This document shows positions 1 through 12,554 of a stretch of 64,000 bases of DNA, piece after piece; the stretch's first letter is position 1, and every line of letters begins with the position of its first letter. The stretch is from positions 53,816,001-53,880,000 of the forward strand of contig CM060732.1 of the NCBI GenBank assembly GCA_030704615.1, read 5' to 3'. This DNA is from Takakia lepidozioides (taxonomy: Eukaryota; Plantae; Bryophyta). Below the pieces are notes generated by a model. The model did no database searches. It saw only the letters and a list, made by a program, of their open reading frames with translations, and had not been told where the DNA came from. Position numbers and translations under genes: made by a program.

Positions 1-47
1 ACCATAAGTTACGCTCCCTTCGGGAGGCGTCATACTTTTTTTTTTAA

Positions 48-164
48 TAGGGTAAAGCACCTGGGCGAGGTGGTTCCCAGGTTTGAGCCCCTGAAACGAG
101 GGCGGTAGCCCGAGTTTACACGGGCGAAAACCTAAGAACCACCGAGCCCAGGTGCTTTACCCTA
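48..164. repeat. Short palindromic (foldback/MITE-like) element
   Basis: 48-84 TAGGGTAAAGCACCTGGGCGAGGTGGTTCCCAGGTTT is the reverse complement of 128-164 with 4 mismatches. Two small internal hairpins (GCCC..GGGC, GCCCG..CGGGC). Confidence 0.7.
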
Positions 165-902
165 CGTAAAGAATTTTTGGGGTCCCCCCCCCTCTTTATC
201 TTTATTATCTTTTCAGCACGGTGTCCTGTCTCAAGTGGTCTTGACATTTCGATCGTTTTTCAGCGTTGTTTTTGTACATCCTTGAGATCAAGATATGAGA
301 TGTAGAGTTGAGATCTGAGATCTAGACTTGACAATTGAGATCTGAGACTCATTCTATGATTCAATAAGTGCACTTCTGAATGAGCATGTGCCTTTACCAA
401 TAGACTATGGGGGTACTTCACATGTCACTTCCCCTTGTCACTTCTAGACATGAAATAATGGGACTCCACAATGCACTCTCCTCTTTCAATGAGAATTTAT
501 TTGATATTTAGATGACTTGATTTCAGAAAAGATGCCAGAAAGAAATCGGAATGAAGGGGGAAGAAGTCAAAAGAAGTGGGAAAGAATGGAGGGGTAAGAG
601 GAGTGTGTTCCAAGAGCGTAACGCACGCTGACAACTTGGCGAGTGCGTTCTTGGAGTGTAACCCACTCTGCCAGCCTGGCAAGTGCGTTCCACTCGTGAA
701 CGTCCCTGCACGTAACCCTAGAATGGTGTTCACAAGTATAAGGTCCCTTTCATACTAACGACCGGACAAAACACTCAAAAACAACGTTTGTCCACTATTT
801 CGGCCGCTTCAGAGATGCCATGTCAGCAAAAGTTGCGGGAAGTTACTGGAATCCAGCGGACGAGTTTCATAGCGTTTTCACACCAAGTAGTGGACAAAAA
901 GG

Positions 903-1035
903 GTCCACTGGACAAGATATCGCGCTCAGATGATATCGCACTCACGATGCTTTGGCAAAGGTACCCACCGACTAGTCAAAGCAAAGCAAATTTGGGGCCA
1001 GGGTAGTAGCAGGCCCCAAATCTTGTCCACTGGAC
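903..1035. repeat. Short inverted-repeat element abutting the truncated Gypsy PHD finger
   Basis: GTCCACTGGACAAGAT (903-918) pairs with ATCTTGTCCACTGGAC (1020-1035) with 1 mismatch. Internal TTTGGGGCC/GGCCCCAAA stem. Confidence 0.5.
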
Positions 1036-1041
1036 AAAACC

Positions 1042-1508
1042 TAAGCATCGATCACACACCAACATAGTGGCGGCACCACGAGCATGCCCACATAGCATGC
1101 AACACAATCTTGTAGATACCACTGCAAATTGGGATCTATCCTCACATCCACATATGGAAGGTGACATGGCGCACAATTACGCATATGGTCCTTCCATACC
1201 ATGCCATCTCGACCCTCCAGAATCAACACTCCTGAAGGCAACACCTCCCTGACCCTTAGAATCACACGTCCTGCTGTGACATCCAAGGTCGTAGGTGCTG
1301 TCTGCTGCAGATACATATAGTCACCAGGGTGGAAATGCCGAACACATGGCCGATATCCCCCTCCACGTATAGTGGCATATATATACCTCAATGTGCCTCG
1401 GTGTTGGGCAATAACAAAATTCTCAAAATCAAAGGCATGACTCTCTTGAACAACTCTACCCACTGGGCACACGCTTGTGTCCATACATCCGGATCATCAA
1501 GGTTGAGG
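1042..1508 (-). pseudogene. Ty3/Gypsy integrase C-terminal region with a truncated PHD finger
   Basis: Frameshifted peptide LDDPDVWTQAC...ENFVIAQHRGTLRY..RGGGYRP..FHPGDYMYL...NCAPCHLP, then CMLCGHARGAATMLVCDRC (first half of a C4HC3 PHD). Cut at ~1042. Confidence 0.75.
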
Positions 1509-2418
1509 ACACGTGCGCCACTGCGCAAGCGACACATCATGCATTCGTCAGGGGATCATATGACCATATGTCTACAAAGTGATGCCTACATGGAGAGGCG
1601 ACGGATGAACACGTGCGCCACTGCGAATTTGACATGTCACGACTTCTTGCCATGATCATATGACTACATGTCTACACAGTGATGCCTACATGGAGAGGCG
1701 CTAGCGAGAGACAGATTTCACACGTGGTGACTACATGACTCGCTCATATGACTACAGGGATGTCTACATGGAGAGTTGTTAGCGGGACACCTGTTGCACT
1801 TGAGATGTGACATGTGGCACACAGACAAAATATATGACTAGCATATATGACTACGGATCTTTACACGTGGTGAAAATATGGATAAAGAATGTCGTGTCAT
1901 ATACTGCCACGTGTTCTGGTTCGAGCAAGAGTGATGCCACGTGTCATGAAGATTGTTTTCCGAAATAGTTTATATTTTTAATGTTCATATTTTAATTTTT
2001 AGTTTTCATTTAATATTTAAAAGAACAGGGAGATTGCAGCCTTGGATTTTTTTTTTAATGGTATTATTTTTAATATTATTATTTAAAATGAAAGTGAATT
2101 AAATGATTTAAAATCTTCATTACATGGTGAAATTCTAACATGAAAACAGAATGGATCCCTCCTGCATATTATCAACCACAAGGAGAATGAAAATAGTCAA
2201 CTACAGGGCAATACAAGCCCTATAAATCACATTACAAAAATCCAAATGAGACCAATATCCCAATGGACACCTCAAAAGCCACAAGGTCAAAAAATCCATG
2301 CCTCAAAAGGCCCAGCCAAAAACAAGCAAGCCCACACATGGGCTGAATTGTTGTAGCTAGTATATTCTAGTGTTATTAGAATCAAGAACTCTGTTAAACA
2401 GTGCAATACTGACTATCC

Positions 2419-5400
2419 CTACCGCAGCTTCATAAGTTTCAGTAACTTTAGACTCCAAAGTGTTGTCTGGCCAACCACCTGCCCCAACTCGGTCTGTTTC
2501 CTAACACCATTCACATATGGTAGAGGGGTGTTACTGACACATGCCTCTTTGATGTACACACAGGCATAATCAAGGGGCACAGCAGGGTACTCGTAACCCA
2601 CCACAGCATCTTGAAGAGCAACAATCAGCCTTACTCCACATTTCTTGCGTTTGGAGTTCACATCCAACAGCCGAACCTCGTCACCCACCCTGAACTGTGA
2701 TCCCAACTCCACACAAAAAAGAACACGATGTGAAAACCCATGACATACACACGACTAGGACACTCAACATTTGCGAGTTAAAGAGAGCCCCAAGGTTGGA
2801 AAAAATATAACAGACAAGACAACGGCCTGGACTTACTCCATTTGCAGTCTCCAGTGGTGGTGAGACCTCTTTTGGGGGGCTACTCGCCGGGTCGACACTC
2901 TTGCCCCTCGTCTGTACCGGCTTGTCGACAATATCACCTTTGTTTGTCATAAGTTCCTGTGTCACAGACCAGAGATCAACCGGGAAAGCAATGAGCAAAC
3001 AGGAATAGTGAATAGAAACAAAATCCAAGTATGAATCAAATAAAAAAAGCCAACATGAAAAGCTGCAAAGAAAACCTAGCATTAATCAAGCAACCGAGGA
3101 GAAGCATCCAAGAAAGCAATGCAATGAATGAACCCACAAAAATTTAGCCTCTAGAGTACTGTCAGAATGTTTGTACCTTCACAGTAGCAGTGTTGTATGG
3201 TTGTTGTCCGAAAACAGGCTGAGACTCCAAAAACTTGGGAATACTGGCAGCTTTCGATGTCTTCCACAAGAAAGGCCACAACACCTCTGTTAGATACTCA
3301 TCAGTTGGTGAATCTGGTTGCACCTTCCATGGCTCTGGAAAAATCCCACTGAAGGGAGGATTGTTTGCCGCATTTCTTGGTGTGTCGTCAACAAGAACAG
3401 TGTCCTCATAAGTCCATTCTGGCCAGTCTGCCCACACTGTAGACAAGTTCTTGAAATATAATGGCTTTGAATCAGACCCCTTACGGCATGGGAGGACTGG
3501 ATCCTCGTCACAGTGAAGGGCATCCCACTGGAAAACCAGGTTAGTGTGGGCTGCAAAAATATAGTCCACCATTGGGAAGAAGTTGCGAGCTTGGCAACAA
3601 GACCACACCGCCACCTCAAAGTGTTCAAAACACTTTTGCAAAAAGTCATAACAGCGTGGTCTCAAAACTACCATCTTCTTGCCACACATCTTCCCCACAA
3701 AACCTTTGGGAAGGGATGCAGGCCCATTAGCAGAATGAAAAGATTCACATAACAGACCATTTAAGTCCAGAATTAGTAAATGCTTCCTCGTTGGTCCAGG
3801 AAGTAAACTGACATTTGGCTTCAACATGTGAGCAGGAGAAATTAAAGCAACATGCTTGTTTGTTTTGTCCCCGTCTGCATCTTCCTCCCCATCTAAACTC
3901 CCACATACCTACATACCAGAATCCGGTGTGCCCGGCGGCTCTGTCACCATTGCCCCCTGGACTGCTACTGCCTTTGTACGTGGCAAGGGTTGAATTTCCA
4001 CGTGTACCTCACAGCTGGCCTTCCCTGTATCCTGCTGCTGCTCGGTCAAAATCAAAAGATCATCAGTGACAGGAAGACATAAGGGCTTAGAGTGAGCACC
4101 AGTTACCGTCTGAAATTGGGATTCCAAACATTTTGATACTGTCACAGCAGACGTATCCATCGTAGATGTCACTGGTCCTACGCCTGGTAGATTAATCCCC
4201 AATCTGGTCACAATGGCTTTCTGGTACTCAATCATACTCTGCATCTGTAATTTTAATTCTGCCATGTCACATCCTTGTGATTCCACCAGTTTGTCCAAGC
4301 CATCCATCCTGCCAACTACTGTAGAATATGCGAGACTTCCCTCCTGCCAATCCATGAAAACTTGCCCAAGTATGAATCAACCAAAAAACCTAGCATGAAC
4401 AACCATTGGAAAGAAAACCCAGGCCAAAAACCGTGAAAAAACCCTAGCAACCTATGATGCAGCAACCATTCTAGCAAACGTGGAAAACATACTTACCCGC
4501 CTGTCACTCCCAGTTGACAACCGTGACACTGAACCCTCTTGAATTTCATATAAGTAGGAGGGCACCCTGATAGTGTTTCCTACAAATTAATCCATGCCAC
4601 AAACAAACCCATGCCACAAGTCAGTAAGCAATGTGAGGGCTGACTATATACACATAGCAATTCAATGAGGAACAAAATACAGAGTCGTGATGATGCCACT
4701 TACCAAGCGTGCTTCCACCATTGCCTTCCCACCACGGCCAGTCTTGGTAGGATTCAGAATTGCACCATTTGCCTTCTTCATGTTGCCCGACACTTTGTGG
4801 AACACCTCTGTCTGCCAGTAACTTACAAGCTTGTTCCATACCTCGTCAGATACAGTAATGGGTTTCCCCTTACCACCCAACCACGCAGTGTGTGCTTCAT
4901 AACGCTGGCTCTTCATTATTCTGCCAATTGTTTGTTTTAGGTGGAAGTCTTTTAACTCGTGTGGCGTATATGAAAATAGCTTAGCCAGGTGATCTCTGAT
5001 TTCGTATACAACTTCATCAGGTTGGTTGTTGATGGCAAGGGAACAATCTAGCTTGCGATAAGCCTGTCCTTTAAGGGCAGCGTGCCATACATTCCGGGTC
5101 TGACCATACGGGGCTCCTTTGAGGTTCGTCAAAATCACCGTGGGAGGAAGACCTGCAGCTATTCTCTCTTCTTGACCTTGGCAGCTTCAATTTTGGCTGA
5201 GCTATTAGCCCTCCTTAAAGCATTGGTTCTATCATTCTTTGAAACGGCACCCTCCCCTCCTTCAGAGACCTCCGTGCGCTCAGGAGAATTCAAAGCAGGA
5301 TCCTGCCAAGTAGGGACTGGTGGCCATGGCTGTTGGCCAGAAGGCCGAGGACCATACTGGCCATACTGTCCATAAGCAGGAGGATATTCCGGTGGCCTGC

Positions 5401-6980
5401 CACCCCCATAGCTATTAGGGGGTGGCAAATATGGTGGAGGAGGATACTGGCCATACTGCCCATATGGAGGAGCACCATATTGACCCTGACCATACTGAGT
5501 GCCAGACTGTGGGTACTGAGGCATACCATAATAAGGTGGGGGTACTGGTGGCACAGAACCCACAACGTTGGGAGAGTTAGGGCCACCTCCTGCGTTCTTG
5601 TGGGCGCCATCTCCATTGCTAGCAGCAGGGATCGTGGATCCAGTGCGCTTGTGCTTGCCCTGAAAAGAAATTCCCCCAGTACAATGTGGGTGATTACACA
5701 TACATATAGGCAGCAAGCAGCAAATCCTTGAATTCAGGCAAAACAAACTGGAAGCACATATCATTTGTAAAGACAAGATTACCCAAAACTCAGTATGATC
5801 TTGGGCAGTAAATCTCCCAAATTTGATTGGCCCCAATGATGTCCTCCCAGTACATTTTTGAGCCCTCTTAGGTATGGGGTGTTCCTGAAATCCATAGCAA
5901 GAATTCAAATGGACAAACCTGATGGGTCCATGAGAAGTATCCCTCCAAGTTTTACTGATATTCTGGGTGCATAAGTAACCCAAGTATCTCTATAAGTAGC
6001 CATTGTAGCTTAGTACCAGGACGTTGGTTTCATGGGGCAAAGAATTTGAACACACCTGAAGTCTACATTGGCCTGACATCATGCCTTTGGCACTTCAACT
6101 TGTCTAGTGGAAATCATTTGTGATTGTGCCTTGGCTGACCCCTGCATTGTCCAACTTCCCTGTCTTGACAGACATACCCTATCTCTTCGTGATTTTACCA
6201 AAAACATACATAATTAGAATCATGGTCATTGTGAAGAACTATAACTCACAGACGGAGAAGGTGTTCGTAGTGTAGATGATGGGCGTTTTTGTCCTGCGAC
6301 ATGAGCATGGGCATGTTCTCCTCGGCTTGCCGTGGCATCCGCCGACGACGCACTCGCCTCGCACTGGCGTGGGAGGAGTGGATCGTCCTCATCGTCCTCA
6401 GAAGAGCCCTCATGCAGAATCGTAGTCTTCATCGTCTTCAGTCTGGCACTTTGCCTTGCAGGACCTTGATCCCTACCTTTTTCCTTCGGAGCGCGTGGCT
6501 TGCGAGGGCGATTCGCTCCCGCAAGCCTGCACAAACACCTCCATGACCTCCCTCTCAAACAATCACAAACAAATGTAAGCATACATACCCTAATACTCTT
6601 AAGCCTACGCTGAACCACAGCCGCACCCTACCAGGACGTAATGGCTGCCCACGAATGACGGCGGACATCTCCCGCCTAATGACACACCCTCCTCAAACCT
6701 AATCGTCACTCACTGCATGTTGTTTGCCTCTCTGTTTGTACAAGTCGCAGCTACTCGCCCCCATTTGTGCTATGAAGCTTATGATCGCTGTAGGAAGGTT
6801 AGAGGATAAGGCAAATCGCAAGTTTAGTGGGTGGGTATCCAAAGTCAGGAACTAAACTCACCCATCTATCGACTGCTTGAACGTTGCTTCCACCTCCTTT
6901 ATGGCAGCAATCCGGCGCTCTCGGAACTTCTCGTACTCAGTGAGAGGGACTGTCACTTCGAAGACCTTCCGCTTCACCAT
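2419..6980 (-). pseudogene. Multi-exon TnpA-like gene: Transposase_24-like, coiled coil, NIF/FCP1-like and DUF8039/TNP1-like domains
   Basis: Inferred GT-AG exons: 6980-6862 (MVKRK..LTEYEKFRERRIAA), 6526-6250, 5659-4704 (P/G/Y/Q-rich, then VSDEVWNKLVSYWQTEVFHKVS..NPTKTGRGG; frameshift ~5165), ~4579-4497, 4343-3917, ~3807-3177 (NIF), 2956-2837, 2706-2419 (VGDEVRLL..TPLPY..ELGQVVGQTTLW). Confidence 0.7.
3177..3807 (-). CDS. FCP1/NIF-like HAD-fold domain exon (copy 1)
   Basis: LLILDLNGLL (motif I variant), RPRCYDFLQKCFEHFEVAVWS, YFKNLSTVW, DTVLVDDTPRNAANNPP. Open frame within ORF 3162-3827. Confidence 0.85.
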
Positions 6981-7105
6981 GGACACTCAGAAACGATACT
7001 TATAGTATACTATAGATATAGAAATAGCACATTGGCAGCTGGTGCAAAACTAGAGACAATGCACTGTGCGTAGCATGCAAAGAGGGAAGGGGTGACGTTC
7101 AAAGC

Positions 7106-10100
7106 ATGTACAGTGCAGGTGGCGAACGGATGCGTAGGCGTAGAATAGATGACCGTCTATGGCGAATGGAAGAAGCTTATGCCACAAGGAATGGGCATAC
7201 AAAAATGCTATGCAACTGCGATGAGTGTCATGGAGGAAAAGTACTCTTGTTGGAAACAGTGAGGAATCATTACATGATACACGGGAGGGATCCTCTTCTC
7301 CAACGCTGTTCTCTTCCGGTAAGATCGTCACTTTCCCTTCAGCACTTTAGTTTGAATTTTGAATGCAACGATCCTCTTCTCCACATGTCGACATTTCGTT
7401 GGGTGATTGTAGTCAAGAAGTCATAAGATACAGACGTGAGTATGACTACGCCACTTCCGTTATCACTTTAATTAATGCACATGTCGTGTTTTCATTGGTC
7501 ATGTGTAGTCATGTAGTCATATATGACTAAGTAAGTGACTGCAACTATGACTTCAATGGTTACAAATGTCGTGTTTTGATTGGGTGTATATTCATAAGAT
7601 ACATACGTAAATATGACTGCATCACTGCAACGTCACCGTGCCTCCTATGTCATAATATGAACAAGTGTCACATCGTTGTTGGTCCACTCACAAGATGACT
7701 ATTGGGATGCAGGGATGTGAATATTCAGATGATGAAGACGAAGGCCCTGCGGCACAGCGGGAGCCCAATGTCACAGAGAACGCAGATGAGAGTGGTGGAT
7801 TGGAGGTAGAAATGCAGCGTGCATTGCAGGAAGCGTTTCTCTTTGCAGATGCAAACAGAGAGGACCCCATTCATGGTGGAACCGATCACACATTTGCCGA
7901 TCATGACGATGATCTCGACGATTCCGGAGACAATGAATTTGATGAGAATGCTCACCTGCACGTTGATCCCGAGTATGATAAACTCTTCCGACAGTCGCAA
8001 TGTCCACTTTTTGAAGGGTGCTCCATCAGCCGGCTGCAAGCAACTTTGACGTTGCTGAACGCATGCACTACCCACAAGTGCACCAATGCATTTGTGGATG
8101 AGCTTCTGGGATTGTTGCGTAAGAGTTTTTTGCCTAAAGAGAATTCATTGCCGAAAACTCACTATGAAGCAAAAACCATGATTGCCAAGATGGGATTGCA
8201 GTACACCATGATTCATGCCTGTGAGCGTGGTTGTGTACTCTTCCGTGGGGAGTATGAGAATGTAGACATTTGCCCAGTGTGCCGCAGTTCCCGTTACATT
8301 CCAGGTCGTGGAAGTGTGCCCTGTCATTCCAAGGTTGAAACGTATGTACCGATGTAAATCGATCGCTAACCTCATGACATGGCACGACAGACATAAGAGC
8401 CAGGATGGGTTGGTTCGACATCCAGCTGATAGCAAAGCATGGAGACACATTGACACCACATTTGCGGATTTTGCTGCAGAGCCACGATCTCTGCGATTTG
8501 GATTGGCCTTAGACGGTGTAAATCCCTACGGAGCTCAATCCACAAGTTGGAGCACATGGCCCGTTCTCTTGGTCAATTACAATCTGCCTCCGTGGTTAAT
8601 GACCAAAAAGTTCTTTGTCATGTTAGCGCTACTGATTCCTGGTAAGGAGTCTGTTACCTCGGACAACGTAGATGTTTACCTGATGCCCCTAGTGGAAGAG
8701 CTACTGGAACTATGGAGAGGGATTGCAGCTCATGATGTTTCCCGTCCTCGTGGTCAACGCGAATTCACACTGAGGGCAGTGTTGATGTGGTCAATCCATG
8801 ACTACCCTGCATATGGCTTGCTCTCAGGTCAAGTGACGAAAGGTTATGCTGGTTGTCCAGCTTGTGGACCCGGGGTGACTTCACAGCAGTTACACACATG
8901 TGGAAAAATTGTTTTCCTAGGCCACCGAAGATTTTTGGCCCGCAATCATCCATATAGAAGGTCAAGAATGTTCAATGGCGCTACTGAGCATGGAACTCCT
9001 CCAAAAACGCAGACTGGAACACAAATCAAGGACCTTGCAACAGCTCGCACTGCATGGGTGGAAAACGGAGGGACGCCAGATAGCAGGACAGACCCAGCAA
9101 AAACTCATGGAGTTAAGCGATTGTCAATTTTATATGTCTTACCTTATTGGGAGGTAATTCCTTCATGGCCTTTAAATTGGCTGTGTACATTTTTGCGTTT
9201 TCTGTTTAAATTGTGATGAGTAAATGCTCAATTGCTTATGTGTTCATTTTGTAGGGTCTCCTCATCCGCCACACGTTTGACGCAATGCATTGCGAGAAGA
9301 ACTTGGCTAAAAATATTATTAAAACTATCTTTGGTGAGAAAGACACATTGAAAGTTCGCCGTGATTTGGAGCTACTTGGGATGCGCCCGGAATTGTGGCT
9401 ACAACGTGATCCTGACAGAGCAGATACGTTAATTATGCCTCCTGCCCCTTATGTCCTCACTGAGGCTGAGTTACAAGTCTTTCTGGAGATTGTGCAGAAC
9501 TTGAAAGTGCCAACAGGCTACGCATCAGCTTTCAAAAAGCATGTGGTGAAGAAGAAGTTGTCAGGCATGAAATCACATGACTATCATGTGCTCATGCAGC
9601 AAATTATACCGCTTGCTATCCGTGGGCTCATGCCAAGTGGTCCTCGAAGGGCCATTTTGCGAGTATGTCGTGTATTTAAGAAGTTGTGTGCAAAAGTGGT
9701 GAATCCTGTAGAGTATGAGGAATTGAGAACTGAAGCAGTTCTCACTCTGTGTCTTATAGAGAAGGAGTTCCCACCATCATTTTTTGATGTGATGACACAT
9801 CTGGTTGTTCACCTAGTGGATGAGTTGTACTTATGCGGGCCCGTAGCATCTCGTTGGATGTACCCCATGGAGCGGGCAATGAAGGGCTACGTAAGAAACA
9901 TGGCAAGGCCCGAGGGGAGCATGGCAGAAGGATACCAATTTGAAGAAGCATTGGGTTTTTGCACAGAGTATATGGCAGGATTTGATGGAAGTGTACGAAG
10001 GGTGTGGGATGCAGATGAGGCAGAATCTGTGGAACGTGAAGTTGTGGAAGGAAGTTCTAAAGCCCGAAAATTGAATGACCTGTGTGATATTGTACATGAG

Positions 10101-11226
10101 TACATCATTCAGAACCATCCTCGTCTATCAGTCATGTTGGGGTAAGAAATCTACTTCATTGACATTCAGATTTCCAAGTTTTAGTCATTTATCATTAGTT
10201 GGCATATGGCGTCTTTTCAAATCTCCCACGCCACCTCTGTCAATCTCCTGGCTGACCCTCGGATTGTGACAGGATATATGAAGCAGAGTCCACACGGATA
10301 GAAGCCAGACGACGCTTGTTTCGTGAGGAGCAAGGGCTGGAAGGCATGAGCAATCCCACGGCAATTCAGTACCCTCCTGATTTGCATCCTTGTCCTCCAT
10401 TTGCTGTTTGGCTCCCTCAAGGTGTACGGGATCATCTCTCAATTCAATCAGATGGGCTTGATCCTACAACACGTGAGGAATTACTGGATCTTTCAAGGCC
10501 TCCATCATTTACTGCCCTGTCATTCAAGAGTATGACAGCGTATGGTAACCATTACAGGGTTACATCCCCCGGCATGAACACAACAAGTATGGTGTCTTTT
10601 GATTGTGGAGTCTCATCTGTTTTCCAGCACCAGCCCATTACCAACAATTCAGGCAATGACATGGAGGAACCTACAAGATATGTGGGTCTTATAAGGGAGA
10701 TTTTGCAAATTGACTATGGCCAAACACAGCCTATAGTGTTTTTGTGTTCGTGGGTACGGGCGAGTCGCGTGGGTCGTCAACCTATGTCAATGAAGCAGGA
10801 TGATGCTGGCTTCACACTTGTCAATTTTAACCGTATGCTTCCACCTTCTGAGCAACCTTTTGTGTTTCCTGGCCAGGTTGATCAAGTGTTTTTTTCTGAT
10901 TGTGTGAAGGAGCCGGGGTGGAAAGTCGTCCTGGAGAAGAGCCCCGAGCACGTAGAGTGGTCTGCGACATATCAATTGATAATGATGATGTGGCGGAAGT
11001 GGAAGGATTGTTAGCCCCACAAAGACTAGAGGAGACTGTGGTTACTGATGGCCCAACATGCAGCCGAGCGGTACCGGTTACTCCAGAGCAGGTGGCCTCC
11101 TTGTACCTCCGAGCACCCCGTATACGTGGTGATGATGTTCAGCCAACCCTTGGAGAAGATGAAGTCTGTGATGAAGACAGTGATACATGTAGTGACCCAG
11201 ACATAGATGAGGATGATGAAGATTAG
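7106..11226 (+). pseudogene. CACTA TnpD/Tnp2 transposase (transposase-associated, Transposase_21, DUF4218 and DUF4216-like domains)
   Basis: Exons ~7106-7318 (CNCDEC..VRNHYMIHG), 7713-9153 (IHACERGC, HPADSKAW, LALDGVNP, SIHDYPA), 9255-10141 (DAMHCEKN, GMKSHDYH, FFDVMTHL, GPVASRWMYPMER) and 10273-11226 (EQPFVFPGQVDQVFF). Frameshifts near 8320 and 10940. Confidence 0.93.
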
Positions 11227-11589
11227 ATATGCGCGATTTGTGCACTCCAGTTATAGACCATGCATGATAGTTTAAGGTGGTAACACTCCCTTCGCATTCC
11301 CATTAAGATATCATGCTTGGACACTGGATTTTATGATCAATTATGGAGTGCTTTCCTTTCAGCACCCTTTATTCATTTGTTGTTGCAATTGGCTTTGGAC
11401 CAACCCGTGCTGGTACCATTGCCATGGGTTCTGCCTGCAATGTTTTCTGCCATGGATTCGGCACACGCCACGAAAGGCCATCCAGACCATCCTCTGGAAA
11501 TGCTCCAATGTTGTTTCAAACATCTCCACATTGCAATGGATACAACACTGACATTAGATGAGTGAAAGTGAGACTAGACCTCCAGCCAG

Positions 11590-11730
11590 CCGGCTTTCCC
11601 ACATCAAATTGAAGGGGATCTGTAGATTATAGATAACGGCTGTTGCCTTCTCAATGTCTTTTCCAATGACCTCTGCAATGAACTGGGGTATAAGATCCTT
11701 CAAATCACAAGTTTGAGCATCACGCACAAG
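11590..11730 (-). pseudogene. RPS3a: Captured fragment of cytosolic ribosomal protein S3a (eS1)
   Basis: VRDAQTCDLKDLIPQFIAEVIGKDIEKATAVIYNLQ resembles the conserved eS1 segment CDLKDLVxKFIPExIGKxIEKATxxIYPLQ. Confidence 0.75.
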
Positions 11731-12304
11731 CCACTTATGGGATAGAGTTTCCAATGCGAACCATTGGTCTTTTATTGATAGCATTGTTGTAAAATACATG
11801 GACCAACATGGTCAATTTCGGGAATGACATATAGTACGCTTTCATGTACTATGTAAGCATGCAACTATGTACCAGTGACGTGGCTTGTTCGCCACCTGTT
11901 TGCCCATTCAGCCAGCTCCACATTGTCATGGATTTTGCATGCTGGATTGTGAGGCCATCCACACTGTCCTCTAGAAATGCTATCATGGGGTTTCAGCTAT
12001 GTCCATATTTCCCTGGATTATGCCTGCACGAAGCAAGACCAACTACATTTAGCACCCTCCACTTTATTATAGTATTGCAGCAACATTCAAAGCACTTCAA
12101 TTTGTATCCATCGAAAACATCTAGGCTGGAAAAAGACATTGTCTTCTCCCCTTCCACTACACACGTGAAATGAAAGAAGCCAACCAACAGCATACCAGCC
12201 AAGAAAATATGAAACCAGCCAAGAAAAGAGCCAATATATGCAGTGAAGGTTGACACTAAATGAAACTTATCCAACACTTACATTAGAGGAGGGAAGCTAA
12301 GTCT

Positions 12305-12415
12305 TACCTCCATAAGCTTGCCCACATCAAATTTGGGAGCTTTCAGAATTTCTCCTTTCCGGTTGAATGAACTTGGCTACAAGATCCTTCAAATCGCAAG
12401 TTTGAGCTTCACACA
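12305..12415 (-). pseudogene. RPS3a: Second captured RPS3a fragment with splice donor
   Basis: EAQTCDLKDLVAKFI, internal deletion, then RKGEILKAPKFDVGKLME followed by GTAAG. Confidence 0.75.
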
Positions 12416-12554
12416 CAATGAACTTGCAGGGATTGAGCTTCCAATGCGAACCAGGAGTCTTATATTGATAGCATTGTTGTAAAACACATGGACCAACAAT
12501 GACAGTCTCTGGAATGACATATAGTACAGTAATGACATATAGTACAGCATGCCG

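Noticed and set aside
85-135. Hammerhead ribozyme (CTGA...CGAAA)
   Set aside because: The core reads CTGAAAC rather than CUGANGA, and no GUH cleavage triplet pairs with GAAA in the required stem.
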